Of a stretch of 64,000 nt of DNA, positions 30,095 through 40,390 are shown in pieces. The notes below the pieces were generated by a model. It ran no database searches, had not been told where the DNA came from, and was given only the letters and a program-made list of their open reading frames with translations. Origin of the DNA: an uncultured Acidobacteriota bacterium. GTDB taxonomy: Bacteria; Acidobacteriota; Vicinamibacteria; Vicinamibacterales; UBA823. The stretch covers positions 18,879 to 82,878 of the forward strand of contig CAJXDY010000004.1 in assembly GCA_913052135.1 (NCBI GenBank). The letters are read 5' to 3'. Made by a program: the position numbers and the translations under genes. Each line of letters opens with the position of its first letter. Positions within the stretch are counted from its first letter, which is position 1.

Positions 30095-30415
30095 TTACCA
30101 TCGCATCACGTTCATTTCGTCGATATTCACCGTTTCCTTGTTTCGATAGAACGCTAGAATTATTCCTAGACCGACAGCGGCCTCAGCGGCAGCCACCGCT
30201 ATAACAAACACTGCAAACACTTGACCGACCACATGCTCCAACTGGTACGAAAACGCCGCAAGGTTAATATTGACGGCGTTTAACATTAATTCAATCGACA
30301 TGAAAATAATGAAGATGTTACGGCGAAGCATGACACCGATCACGCCAATCATGAACAGGGAGGCCGATAACACCATGTAGTGAGTTGTAGTGATTTCTAA
30401 CATGTTTCCACTCAC
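30095..30415 (-). CDS. nuoK: NADH-quinone oxidoreductase subunit K
   Basis: 106 aa with FMSIELMLNAVNINLAAFS. Confidence 0.92.
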   Translation of the reverse strand: MSGNMLEITTTHYMVLSASLFMIGVIGVMLRRNIFIIFMSIELMLNAVNINLAAFSYQLEHVVGQVFAVFVIAVAAAEAAVGLGIILAFYRNKETVNIDEMNVMRW

Positions 30416-30461
30416 ATAGTCAGGGCGCCGAAAATAAGGTGCGTCTGTCCAGCAAATACCA

Positions 30462-30980
30462 TTACAACTCTCTCTTTGCTAAGACGATGGCACCCACCAT
30501 CGCCACCAACAATAAAATCGACGCAACTTCAAACGGTATTAAGTAGTTCGTATAGAGCATCCAGCCGATTTGTTCTACATTTCCTCCAACATCAGAAAGC
30601 CCAGCATCACTGACCGTAGCAACTGACGATGGGCGAACTGCGCTGTAAACGATGATCGCAGCAAACTCGGCTAGCACCGCACCAGACAAAAGCATTCCAG
30701 TTCGAGCTAAACGACGAGGATCTTCATGAGCTTCTGGTGACCCCTTTAAATTAACCAGCATAACGACGAACAAGTACAGCACCACGATGCCACCCGTGTA
30801 CACCAGCACCTGAATCACAGCGAGGAACTCGGCCCTTAACAAGACATACAGCATGGCTACGAACATAAAGTTCGCCACCAAGAACAGGACACAGTGGACA
30901 GTGTTACGGGTAGTCACCACTAAAATGGCAAAACCTAAAATGAAGGCAGATAATCCATAGAATGCGATTGCTTCGCCCAT
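30462..30980 (-). CDS. nuoJ: NADH-quinone oxidoreductase subunit J
   Basis: 172 aa with AEFLAVIQVLVYTGGIVVLYLFVVML. Confidence 0.9.
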   Translation of the reverse strand: MGEAIAFYGLSAFILGFAILVVTTRNTVHCVLFLVANFMFVAMLYVLLRAEFLAVIQVLVYTGGIVVLYLFVVMLVNLKGSPEAHEDPRRLARTGMLLSGAVLAEFAAIIVYSAVRPSSVATVSDAGLSDVGGNVEQIGWMLYTNYLIPFEVASILLLVAMVGAIVLAKREL

Positions 30981-30996
30981 AATCTTCTTTACCCGT

Positions 30997-32016
30997 TTAC
31001 AACAAAACCTTCACAACGCCACTCACCACAACATTTCCAATAGCAATAGGAATAAGCACTTTCCATCCCAAGCGCATCAACTGGTCATACCGGTATCTAG
31101 GCAGCGTCGCACGAATCCAGAGAAAGACATATAAAAATACAAAAGTCTTGCCGATAAACCAGATCCAGGAAGGGATTAGATCGAGAAAACCAAGTGCCTC
31201 AACGGCAGGAAACGGCCTTAGCCAACCCCCCATGAACAGCGTGGTCGCGACCGAGCAAATAACAATCATGTTGGCGTACTCAGCCAAGAAAAATAGAGCG
31301 AACCGCATTCCACTGTATTCGGTATGAAATCCACCGGTCAGTTCTTGTTCGGCTTCCGGCATGTCAAATGGAGCACGATTGGTTTCGGCAAGTCCACCAA
31401 TGAAAAATAAGACAAACGCAACCGGCTGAACAAACAGAAACCAGAGACCAGATTCACGTTGTGCTTCTACAATGCCCACCATGCTCAACGTCCCAGCAGT
31501 TACAATCATACTAACTAGCGTCATCGTTACCACCACTTCGTAACTAATAAGCTGCGCTGAAGCACGCAAGCTCGCCAGCAAAGGATACTTACTGTTAGAC
31601 GCCCAGCCACCTAAGATAATTCCGTAAACACCAATCGAAGCCACTGAAACGATGTAAAGCAGGCCAACATTAATGTCTGTGATATACAACGGCTCCAAAC
31701 GACCAAACAAATTCACTTCGGGACCGAACGGAATCACGGCAAAAACAATTAATGCAGGCACAAGCACCATCATGGGAGCGATTGTGAACACCCATTTGTC
31801 AGCTCGAGCCGGTGTAATGTCTTCCTTCATCATTAGCTTTAGCGCATCAGCGATAGGCTGCAACACTCCTCTTGGACCAACTCGCATCGGACCAAGCCTT
31901 GATTGAACCCAGGCAATGACTTTACGCTCGAGTAGCGTCATGTACGAAACCGACACCAGTACAGCATTGAGAAGAATGACGATTTTCAGAAGCGGGATAA
32001 CAAGAATGTCGACCAT
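30997..32016 (-). CDS. nuoH: NADH-quinone oxidoreductase subunit H
   Basis: 339 aa with LERKVIAWVQSRLGPMRVGPRGVLQPIADALK. Confidence 0.93.
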   Translation of the reverse strand: MVDILVIPLLKIVILLNAVLVSVSYMTLLERKVIAWVQSRLGPMRVGPRGVLQPIADALKLMMKEDITPARADKWVFTIAPMMVLVPALIVFAVIPFGPEVNLFGRLEPLYITDINVGLLYIVSVASIGVYGIILGGWASNSKYPLLASLRASAQLISYEVVVTMTLVSMIVTAGTLSMVGIVEAQRESGLWFLFVQPVAFVLFFIGGLAETNRAPFDMPEAEQELTGGFHTEYSGMRFALFFLAEYANMIVICSVATTLFMGGWLRPFPAVEALGFLDLIPSWIWFIGKTFVFLYVFLWIRATLPRYRYDQLMRLGWKVLIPIAIGNVVVSGVVKVLL

Positions 32017-32053
32017 ATCTCAGACTTGTGGTGTGTCACCAGATTCTACAGAT

Positions 32054-33178
32054 CTACCTATCTACCTCTCCCAACACGATGTCAATCGAGCCGATAAGCG
32101 CAACAACATCGGCAACCAAATGCCCACGAATAAGTCGTGGCAAAGCCTGCAAATTACAGAAAGAAGGCGACCGAACCCTGAAACGATATGGATTCGTTGA
32201 CCGGCCGTCGCTGACGATGAAAAACCCAATCTCACCCTTTGGTGATTCAATTGCGTGATACGTCTCACCAGCAGGCGGCTTAATCAGTCTGGGGACCTTG
32301 CCTATAAACGGACCCTCGGGTAGTCCTTCAATACCTTGACGGATAATTCGTGTTGATTGTCTGAATTCTTCCAACCGGACCAAATACCGATCATAGGTAT
32401 CACCTCGGTCACCGATCGGAACATCGAATTCGACCTCGTCATAGGCTGCGTACGGTTCGTCCTTTCTAACATCGCGAGGCACACCGGATCCCCTAAGTGC
32501 AGGACCGCACATTCCAAGTGCTACGGCTTCAGAGCCCGAAATAATACCTATGTCACGTGTGCGTTCGAGCCAAATTCTGTTGTGAGTCAATAATGTTTCG
32601 TACTCATCGACTTTTGAATCCATGATGTCGCAGAACTCTAGCACCTTGCGATCCCAACCTGGCGGTACATCCAAAGGAAGACCGCCAATTCGCTGTGAGT
32701 TGTACGTAAGCCGAGCACCGCAGTATTCTTCAAAAAGATCAAGAATCAGCTCACGCTCCCTAAAAGCGTATAGAAACACGGTCATAGCCCCGATATCCAT
32801 GGCATGGGTGCCCAGCCACAAACAGTGGCTTGCTATACGCTGCAACTCATTCAGTACCGTTCTTACGTATCGCGCGCGTCGTGGCACTTCGATGGACATC
32901 AATTTCTCGACAGTTTCACAATATCCAAGATTCGTCGAAGCTGCGGCCACATAGTCCATGCGATCAGTGAGAAGAATAATTTGGGTCCAGTCTCGATTTT
33001 CGGAAAGCTTTTCAATTCCGCGATGGAGATAACCGATGACAATGTCTGAGTCGACCACGCGCTCACCGTCTAGGTGCAGCACGATTCGGAGCACACCGTG
33101 AGTACTCGGATGTTGGGGCCCCATGTTTAAGACCATCTCGTTCGTGTCAAACATAGGACGTGGTGCCTCGACGGTCAT
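32054..33178 (-). CDS. nuoD: NADH-quinone oxidoreductase subunit D
   Basis: 374 aa with [16 protein letters not shown] and a C-terminal [10 protein letters not shown]. Confidence 0.93.
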   Translation of the reverse strand: MTVEAPRPMFDTNEMVLNMGPQHPSTHGVLRIVLHLDGERVVDSDIVIGYLHRGIEKLSENRDWTQIILLTDRMDYVAAASTNLGYCETVEKLMSIEVPRRARYVRTVLNELQRIASHCLWLGTHAMDIGAMTVFLYAFRERELILDLFEEYCGARLTYNSQRIGGLPLDVPPGWDRKVLEFCDIMDSKVDEYETLLTHNRIWLERTRDIGIISGSEAVALGMCGPALRGSGVPRDVRKDEPYAAYDEVEFDVPIGDRGDTYDRYLVRLEEFRQSTRIIRQGIEGLPEGPFIGKVPRLIKPPAGETYHAIESPKGEIGFFIVSDGRSTNPYRFRVRSPSFCNLQALPRLIRGHLVADVVALIGSIDIVLGEVDR

Positions 33179-33248
33179 AGTTAAAACCCTAACTTATCCT
33201 TTCCTAGGTGACATCCCTGTGGTGCAACCATCTTCAACCCAATTGATT

Positions 33249-33953
33249 TTATTCGCCTTCATTCTCAGCATCTAGGTTGCGGAGTCTAAGCCAATCCTGT
33301 GGCCCTTCCATTAAAAGTTCACCCGGACCTTCCAGTGGATAATCCTTTCGCTGCGGATGCCCTTGCCACTCTTCAGGCATTAGAATACGGCGGAGATCTG
33401 GATGCCCTGTGATGTTGACACCGAACATGTCATACACTTCGCGTTCTAACCAGTTAGCTGCTGGCCATACGTCACTCACCGAAGGCACAGCACCATTTTC
33501 ATCGGTCCGCACCTTTAGGCGAACCCGATTTCTGTGCTGCGTAGAATACAGGCAATACACAACATCGAAACGTTTCGCGCGAGCCGGCCAGTCACTAACC
33601 GTCACATCTGAGCAAAGATCAAAACCAACGTCCGGTGCATCCTTTAGAAATTCTGAAACAGCTACAAGGTGTTCGGGGAACACGATGACCGTCCAGTCAC
33701 CGACCCAATAGCTGAGTTGCTCAATTGCATTCGGATGCGCCACCCGCAATGCAGTAATAAAAGATGGAACCTCCAGATCGTCCGGAGGGGCAGGGTCAGT
33801 CGGGCTGGTTGGAGTAACCGGGACCTTCTTCGCAGGTGGTTTAGTCGGCCCTGGTTTTGCAGATGCAGTTGCCTGGCGCTGATTATTATTGGGTGGTTGA
33901 GCCAAGCCTGCCCCGCTAGCATCAGGAGTTGGTGGTTTTTGTTCGTTATTCAT
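33249..33953 (-). CDS. nuoC: NADH-quinone oxidoreductase subunit C with a Pro/Ala-rich N-terminal extension
   Basis: 234 aa. The core is [26 protein letters not shown]. The first 60 or so residues are low complexity (PPTPDASG...[20 protein letters not shown]). Confidence 0.88.
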   Translation of the reverse strand: MNNEQKPPTPDASGAGLAQPPNNNQRQATASAKPGPTKPPAKKVPVTPTSPTDPAPPDDLEVPSFITALRVAHPNAIEQLSYWVGDWTVIVFPEHLVAVSEFLKDAPDVGFDLCSDVTVSDWPARAKRFDVVYCLYSTQHRNRVRLKVRTDENGAVPSVSDVWPAANWLEREVYDMFGVNITGHPDLRRILMPEEWQGHPQRKDYPLEGPGELLMEGPQDWLRLRNLDAENEGE

Positions 33954-33965
33954 CGGAAAACTAAC

Positions 33966-34322
33966 CTAGGTCCACTCGAGCGCGCCCTTTCGCCACGCAT
34001 AGACATAGCCGACAACCAAAATGAACAAAAACACCACCATCTCGATTAAGCCGAAAAGCGCCAGCTCGTCCATGATGACAGCCCATGGAAACATGAAGAC
34101 AGTTTCAACATCAAAAATCACAAACAACATTGCTACCAGGTAATACCTGACACTGTACTTAGCGCGTGCGTCCGTCTCTGGTTCGATCCCGCACTCATAC
34201 GGCTCGAACTTTACCTTATTGTAGCGTTCAGCCTTAATAAGGCTGGCAAAGATCAATGTGAAGATCGCAAAACCAATCGCGACGAGCAAAAACAATAAAA
34301 TTGGAATGTAGGCGTCCAGCAT
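33966..34322 (-). CDS. nuoA: NADH-quinone oxidoreductase subunit A
   Basis: 118 aa with FEPYECGIEP and three TM segments. First gene of the string. Confidence 0.92.
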   Translation of the reverse strand: MLDAYIPILLFLLVAIGFAIFTLIFASLIKAERYNKVKFEPYECGIEPETDARAKYSVRYYLVAMLFVIFDVETVFMFPWAVIMDELALFGLIEMVVFLFILVVGYVYAWRKGALEWT

Positions 34323-34664
34323 GGAAACCCTTGTTCGTGAATCCTATATTTAAACTCAACTCAAGTAATGTATAAGCTTATACCGGTACACGTAGTGAGC
34401 GAAAGTCGATTACACGGTTGCTGCTTGTGGTGTGGGTTAGCCAGACATGAATACAAGCATCACATCGATGCAAAACTCGCTCGTTATAGCACGTGATGGC
34501 GTCAAGGGTCAAGAATCTGACCCATTCCCCTCGTGAGCGAAAAATCCTAGCAACTTGTTCAGCACCAATAGTTTCCAACGCTTGACGTGCTCGAATGTTG
34601 GCACCTATACTCCGAGTAAGACGTTATTAACAGGAGCTTCACTGCTTCGGCGTTACCGGATTAA

Positions 34665-35618
34665 ATGATGCACCATATTACGCTCACTGGCACGCTGTCG
34701 CTCCTCACTCTTATCTGCACACTCCCACACCTTGCTCTGAATGCAGCCGAAAACAAATCGTCTCAACAAAGGCCTTCATTTCAAGCAGGTGTAGATATCG
34801 TTTCGATCAATGTAACTGTTATCGATGAAGGAGGCCGGTATATAACTGACCTAGACGTCGAGGAAATTGGCGTCTTCGAAGACGGCATCCAGCAAGATTT
34901 AACATTCTTCACACGCGAGCAATTACCTATTGCGCTGGCACTGCTGATTGACACTTCTGCCAGCATGGAACGACGGCTGAGTACGGCACAAGAAGCTGCC
35001 ATCGGATTTGCTCATCAGCTTCGTCAAGCAGACCTCGCTTCGGTCATCGATTTCGACAATCGTGTCAACATATTGCAGGAATTCACTAATAAACCAGAGG
35101 CCTTAGAGCGAGCCATCAGACGAACTTCTGCCGGGGGATCAACATCCTTATACAACGCCATCTATATTGCGCTTAAAGAGCTGCAAAAGAATAAAGCCAA
35201 GGGTGTCGATGAAATTCGGCGTCAGTCGATTGTCGTACTGTCAGACGGTGAAGACACGTCCAGCTTGGTAGGATTTAACGAAGTGCTCGAACTGGCTAAG
35301 CGCTCAGAAACGGTAATCTACACAATTGGCCTGCCCACTCGTGAACGCCGTGGCAATCGAGGTTCTGAAGAAGCAGTTTATGTTCTGCGTCAGTTAAGCC
35401 GTGAAACTGGTGGGCGGTCGTTCTTTCCGGATTCAATTCTTGAGTTGGCTGACATTTACAAACAAATCGCAGAGGAATTGTCGAGTCAATATACTCTAGG
35501 CTACACATCTAACAATCAAAACCGAAATGGTGAATTCCGTCAGATCGCGGTTCAAGCCAATCGGGTGAACGCCACGACCCGAACAAAGCGAGGGTATTAC
35601 GCACCGACACCTCAGTAA
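34665..35618 (+). CDS. Secreted von Willebrand factor A domain protein (TIGR03436-like 'VWFA-related acidobacterial' architecture)
   Basis: 317 aa. Signal peptide, then FQAGVDIVSINVTVIDEGGRYITDLDVEEIGVFEDGIQQD, then a MIDAS-like motif LLIDTSASM. Confidence 0.75.
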   Translation: MMHHITLTGTLSLLTLICTLPHLALNAAENKSSQQRPSFQAGVDIVSINVTVIDEGGRYITDLDVEEIGVFEDGIQQDLTFFTREQLPIALALLIDTSASMERRLSTAQEAAIGFAHQLRQADLASVIDFDNRVNILQEFTNKPEALERAIRRTSAGGSTSLYNAIYIALKELQKNKAKGVDEIRRQSIVVLSDGEDTSSLVGFNEVLELAKRSETVIYTIGLPTRERRGNRGSEEAVYVLRQLSRETGGRSFFPDSILELADIYKQIAEELSSQYTLGYTSNNQNRNGEFRQIAVQANRVNATTRTKRGYYAPTPQ

Positions 35619-35681
35619 AATTATGATTCAATTCCAAACATTCTTCATTAATCTTGAGCGAGAATTTAAAGGCTGATTGTT

Positions 35682-36506
35682 GTGAATATTATTCTTTTTG
35701 TTCTGTACCTCATAGCTGGGATCGCCTACGCTGTACATTTTGGGAACCGAGGGCGCTTAGTTGGCCGCTTTGCTACAACAATGCTCGCTTCAGCTACCTT
35801 AGCCCATACATTCATTATTGGCATGAGGACCATGCAAGTCGGCCACCTGCCACTCGTGGGTACAACTGGTGCCATTTCAATGTTCGTTTGGTTGCTTGCA
35901 ATTGCCTACCTGTACACAGAAACAACAAGCAATGAACGTTCTATTGGCACGCTCATTGCGCCTTTGTTAGCCGGACTCCAGCTCATCCCTGCGGTAACTA
36001 ACTACCGTGTTGTTGAACGACCACCGATACTAGAAAGCCCTTGGTTCGCTCTTCATGTTTCGTCGCTCCTCTTCGCCTATGCGAGCTTTGCGATTGCGTG
36101 TGTCATCGGCATCACCTACCTCTTACTCTTTAAAGAACTCAAGGCTAAGCATCTTGGGGTGTTTTATGCAAGATTACCTTCACTGCATATCCTGGATTAC
36201 ATGAATACTCGAGCTATTGCTGTCGGGTGGCTATTCTTGACAGTCGGCTTAATAGTGGGTGGCGTGTGGACCTCTCAAGCACACGTGGACGGAACTGATC
36301 CTCGGATGCAAGCAATGACATTGCTAGACCCTAAGATCTTTGTCGCACTTTTTTGTTGGGTCATATATTCCTTTGAACTTTATGCACATCGCGCAATGGG
36401 CTGGACTGGCCGTCGCATCGCCTGGTTATCGACGTTTGGTTTTGCAATTGTTTTATTAAACTTTGTTCCAATCGGATATTTCTTGACCTCAAGTCACAAT
36501 TTTTAG
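35682..36506 (+). CDS. CcsA/HemX-like cytochrome c assembly family membrane protein
   Basis: 274 aa polytopic protein with a GTG start. It lies immediately upstream of hemA, like hemX in Bacillus hemAXCDBL. Confidence 0.65.
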   Translation: MNIILFVLYLIAGIAYAVHFGNRGRLVGRFATTMLASATLAHTFIIGMRTMQVGHLPLVGTTGAISMFVWLLAIAYLYTETTSNERSIGTLIAPLLAGLQLIPAVTNYRVVERPPILESPWFALHVSSLLFAYASFAIACVIGITYLLLFKELKAKHLGVFYARLPSLHILDYMNTRAIAVGWLFLTVGLIVGGVWTSQAHVDGTDPRMQAMTLLDPKIFVALFCWVIYSFELYAHRAMGWTGRRIAWLSTFGFAIVLLNFVPIGYFLTSSHNF

Positions 36507-36521
36507 CAACGGCATCAAAGC

Positions 36522-37862
36522 GTGAGTCAAATCTTTCTTTTAGGCATCAGCCACCGAACGGCATCTATTGAACTCCGGGAACGCCTTGATTTTTCTGAGC
36601 AAGAGCTTCCGAATGCTACAGCTCAATTACTCAAGCGACCCTCCGTGAACGCTGTCGTAGTGTTATCAACATGCAATCGATCGGAACTTTATGTCCAATG
36701 CACAAATCCAAAAGATGCGCAGAAGGACATTTTTGATTTTCTTTGCGAGTTTAAAGACATTTCACCTAATGAATTGCAACCAATATTTTATGCGTTAGCA
36801 GGGACTGAAGCTGTGCGACATCTATTCCGCGTATCAGCCGGCCTTGACTCGCTTGTCGTAGGTGAGCCTCAGATTTTTGGCCAGGTGAAACAGGCCTTTG
36901 CGGCTGCTGAAAAACTGCATGCTACAAATAGCGTCCTAAACCGCCTTTTTAACTTGTCCTTTGTAGCAGGGAAACGAGTACGCTCAGAAACTGAATTGGG
37001 TGAAGGTGCTGTATCGATTAGTTATGCAGCCGTCGCCCTTGCACGGAAAATCTTTGGTAAATTAGAAAAATTGTCTGTCCTGTTAATCGGCACTGGGGAA
37101 ATGGCCCAACTGACTGGTCTGCATTTTAAAGCACAGCAAGTACAGAAAATATTTGTTGCAAGTCGCACACCTACCCATGCAGAAGCCTTGGCTACCGAAA
37201 TTCAAGGTGAAGCGATTCCATGGAGTCAAATCGATACGATTCTGGCATCAACCGATGTTGTTGCTACGGCAACTGGTGCAAACAAACCGCTCCTGACCAA
37301 GAGTCAGATTGATGCAGTAATGCGAGAGCGCCAGAACCGCCCATTGTTCTTTATTGATATCGCTGTTCCCAGAAATGTTGAACCCGATGTGGGTTTCATA
37401 GAGCAAGTGTTTCTCTACAACATAGACGATCTCCAAATGATCGTTGACAACAACCTCTCAAAGCGGAATTCGCAGATTGAAAAATCTGAAGCGATTGTTG
37501 AAGATTCTGTGACTTTATTCACGAATTGGTTGCGATCTCGAGGTGCAGTACCCACAGTGGTGGCGTTACGCCAAAGCTTTGAAGATATTCGTAGATTGGA
37601 ACTCGAGCGCCTTAAACCGAAATTAGCATCACTATCAGTTGCCGATCGTGCCCGAGTCGAAGAAATCAGTCGCCTGTTGATCGAAAAAATACTGCTGACG
37701 CCAACCGAACAACTTAAGGCGATCTCCAATGAAGCAACACTCGCAGCATATTCCGATGCTCTTGAACACCTGTTTGAGTTGGACCCTCATGCTGATCAAT
37801 CTACAAAGTCTGAGTCTAACCCCCCAACAACAACATCTACTAAGACACCGGTGACGTCGTGA
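36522..37862 (+). CDS. hemA: Glutamyl-tRNA reductase
   Basis: 446 aa with LSTCNRSELY (active-site Cys) and an NADPH-domain motif LLIGTGEMA. Confidence 0.93.
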   Translation: MSQIFLLGISHRTASIELRERLDFSEQELPNATAQLLKRPSVNAVVVLSTCNRSELYVQCTNPKDAQKDIFDFLCEFKDISPNELQPIFYALAGTEAVRHLFRVSAGLDSLVVGEPQIFGQVKQAFAAAEKLHATNSVLNRLFNLSFVAGKRVRSETELGEGAVSISYAAVALARKIFGKLEKLSVLLIGTGEMAQLTGLHFKAQQVQKIFVASRTPTHAEALATEIQGEAIPWSQIDTILASTDVVATATGANKPLLTKSQIDAVMRERQNRPLFFIDIAVPRNVEPDVGFIEQVFLYNIDDLQMIVDNNLSKRNSQIEKSEAIVEDSVTLFTNWLRSRGAVPTVVALRQSFEDIRRLELERLKPKLASLSVADRARVEEISRLLIEKILLTPTEQLKAISNEATLAAYSDALEHLFELDPHADQSTKSESNPPTTTSTKTPVTS

Positions 37863-38830
37863 GGAGCCTCAAAATTGGAACACGCGGCAGCCAATTGGCT
37901 TTGGTTCAAGCCCGAACGTTTGCCAAAACGATTGAACAGCGCAACGGAACCTTGACCAAAATATCGGTGATTAAGACGACAGGGGATCGACTTACCCAGA
38001 AACCACTTGCAACGATCGGTGGCAAGAGATTATTTGTCAAAGAAATCGAGGAGGCACTGCTGAATGGCGAAGTGGATGTTGCGGTGCATAGCGCAAAGGA
38101 CATGCCCGCGAAACTTCCGGAAGGTTTAGCAATCGGCGCGGTCTTACCACGTGCCGATCCTCTAGATGCTCTAGTACTACCAATCCACTTACAAAAACTA
38201 GAACGTGATGCCTCAGCAATCATAGCTTCCCTTGGACGCACACCACGAGTTGGCACCGGCAGTGTTAGAAGAATCTCGCAGTTACGACGCATACTCCCAG
38301 AAGCTCGATTCGATTCGATTCGGGGTAATCTCGACACTCGACTCAAAAAAGTCGATGGGAGGGAATATGACGCGATTGTTCTTGCTGTTGCTGGTCTTCA
38401 ACGTCTCGGATACACAAAGCGCATCTCCATAGCCTTACCTATCGACCTTTGCATGCCTGCGCCTGGACAAGGCGCAATCATTCTTGAGGTGCGTTCTGAT
38501 GATCGAAATGCGCAAGCCATCGTGGAATCTGTAAATGATGACGCGTCGGCAGCAGCAATTGTTGCGGAACGAACGCTTGTAGCCGCACTTGATGGTGGCT
38601 GCCAAGCACCGATTGGCGCACTCGCATTACCTTACGATTCAAATCTCGACATGTGGGCTTTAGTAAGCACCTTGGATGGTACAAAGACAATAGTGTGCCG
38701 ACATCGTGGACCCGTGACGACTCCAGAATTACTCGGCCAAGAACTCGCTGACCAAATGATTGCCAAAGGAGCGCGGGCAGTTCTAGAGGACGCGTATCGT
38801 GCGCAGACAGTGCCGGAACCGCACTCTTAA
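37859..38830 (+). CDS. hemC: Hydroxymethylbilane synthase (porphobilinogen deaminase)
   Basis: 323 aa with KIGTRGSQLALVQA and GGCQAPIGA. It overlaps hemA by 4 nt. Confidence 0.93.
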   Translation: MRSLKIGTRGSQLALVQARTFAKTIEQRNGTLTKISVIKTTGDRLTQKPLATIGGKRLFVKEIEEALLNGEVDVAVHSAKDMPAKLPEGLAIGAVLPRADPLDALVLPIHLQKLERDASAIIASLGRTPRVGTGSVRRISQLRRILPEARFDSIRGNLDTRLKKVDGREYDAIVLAVAGLQRLGYTKRISIALPIDLCMPAPGQGAIILEVRSDDRNAQAIVESVNDDASAAAIVAERTLVAALDGGCQAPIGALALPYDSNLDMWALVSTLDGTKTIVCRHRGPVTTPELLGQELADQMIAKGARAVLEDAYRAQTVPEPHS

Positions 38831-38832
38831 TC

Positions 38833-40374
38833 ATGCCGAAACCTAGCGTTCTCATCGTCGGCGCCGGCCCAGGAGATCCGTTACTGATCACCGTCCTAGG
38901 ACTTCGCTATCTCAAAATGGCTGACGTCGTTGTTCATGACCACCTCGTTCATCAACGATTACTGAATATGGCACGGAGCGATGCCGAAATAATTGACGCC
39001 GGAGCAGCCGCCTTGCAAGAATCGCTCGAACAAGATGCGATTAGTTTTCTCCTAGCCGACAAAGCTCGTGAGGGTAAGCTCGTTGTTCGCCTAAAATGGG
39101 GTGATCCTTATGTCTTTGATAGTGGTGCAAAAGAAGCGATGTTTCTACACGAGCAAGGTATCCCATTCGAAGTGGTACCTGGAATCCCAGCGGCAATTGG
39201 GGTCCCATGTTACTCCGGCGTGCCTGTAACCTACCCAGAAGCTGGTGATGCCCTTGTACTCGTGCGAGGCCACGAAGACGAAACCAGTAAGGCGCCTAAC
39301 GTAGACTGGAAGAAGTTAGCCGACCTCACCCATACAATCGTCTGTTACGCTGGCGCTAACCAGCTACCTCACATCATTGAATCATTACTGACAAATGGTC
39401 GAGCGCCAACGGACCGAGCGGCGGCCGTATATAACGGAACCAAGCCAAGCCAACGTACTATTGAAGGCACACTGGAAGAATTAAACCAAGCAATTCAGCA
39501 TTCAGGCGAGGTCGGTGCAGCTGTACTCATCGTGGGTTCAACGGTTCGCTTGAGACCATATCTACGATGGTTTGATACCCGTCCTCTCTTCGGAAAGCGG
39601 ATCATTGTCACGCGCGCACGCGAACAGGCTGGACATCTTGTAGACCAATTAGCCGACCTCGGTGCTGAACCGATCGAGGCCGCAAGTATTCAAATCTTGC
39701 CGGCTGATGACAGTCGTCCACTTGATGAGGCATGTACACGCCTTAATGAGTTTGATTGGATTGTTTTCACTAGCGCAAACGGAGTCGAAGCCTTTATTCA
39801 ACATCTCGTAACTGACAGTCGTGATATTCGAGACCTTAAAGGAGTACGATTATGTGCAGTGGGAACGGCGACAGCCGATCGACTCATTAAACGCGGCCTT
39901 ACGGTTGACGTCATCCCAGAAGAACATCGGGCCGAAGCCATTACAGGCGCACTGCAGGTGAAGACAAATCTGACCGGTGCCCGCATCTTGCTCCCTCGCG
40001 CTGACATCGCCCGCGATGTCCTACCCACGCAATTACGATCGGCTGGTGCAACAGTTGAAAACGTCACCGCCTACAGAACCTTATACACAATGCCAGAGTT
40101 ACCAGGCGACCCAGACATATATCAGTTGCTTTTGCAGGAACAGATCGATGCCATCATTTTTACAAGTGCCTCGACTGTCAAAAACTTTGTTCAGTATCTT
40201 GGTGCAGAATCCGCTGCGGACTTGTTACGAACAGTGCCAGTCGCATCAATTGGGCCTGTTACCGCGGAAGCTGCCCAACAATTTGGCATTCAGACTTCGA
40301 TTATTCCAACCAAATATACAATCCCTGCATTAGTGGACGCCTTGGTTGAACACTTCACTCAAACTGGAAGCTGA
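38833..40374 (+). CDS. cobA-hemD: Fusion of uroporphyrinogen-III C-methyltransferase and uroporphyrinogen-III synthase
   Basis: 513 aa. The N-terminal half has VGAGPGDPLLITVLGLRYLKMADVVVHD (SUMT/tetrapyrrole methylase). The C-terminal half has a HemD-like duplicated domain (IIVTRAREQA...IFTSAST). Confidence 0.88.
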   Translation: MPKPSVLIVGAGPGDPLLITVLGLRYLKMADVVVHDHLVHQRLLNMARSDAEIIDAGAAALQESLEQDAISFLLADKAREGKLVVRLKWGDPYVFDSGAKEAMFLHEQGIPFEVVPGIPAAIGVPCYSGVPVTYPEAGDALVLVRGHEDETSKAPNVDWKKLADLTHTIVCYAGANQLPHIIESLLTNGRAPTDRAAAVYNGTKPSQRTIEGTLEELNQAIQHSGEVGAAVLIVGSTVRLRPYLRWFDTRPLFGKRIIVTRAREQAGHLVDQLADLGAEPIEAASIQILPADDSRPLDEACTRLNEFDWIVFTSANGVEAFIQHLVTDSRDIRDLKGVRLCAVGTATADRLIKRGLTVDVIPEEHRAEAITGALQVKTNLTGARILLPRADIARDVLPTQLRSAGATVENVTAYRTLYTMPELPGDPDIYQLLLQEQIDAIIFTSASTVKNFVQYLGAESAADLLRTVPVASIGPVTAEAAQQFGIQTSIIPTKYTIPALVDALVEHFTQTGS

Positions 40375-40390
40375 TCATAAAATAACAGTA

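Noticed and set aside
33768-33953. The idea that the Pro-rich N-terminal extension of nuoC is a degraded remnant of nuoB.
   Set aside because: No frame in this stretch shows any NuoB-like cysteine motif or other similarity I could recognise. It reads as a low-complexity linker in the nuoC frame.
34378-34578. A 66-aa minus-strand ORF upstream of nuoA.
   Set aside because: It has no motif, no hydrophobic segment and no Shine-Dalgarno sequence, and it lies in a promoter-type intergenic region. Treated as non-coding.
38306-38322. A (CGATT)x3 tandem pentanucleotide repeat inside hemC.
   Set aside because: It is short and in frame, encoding ...RFDSIRG... within an intact conserved gene. Nothing suggests phase variation.
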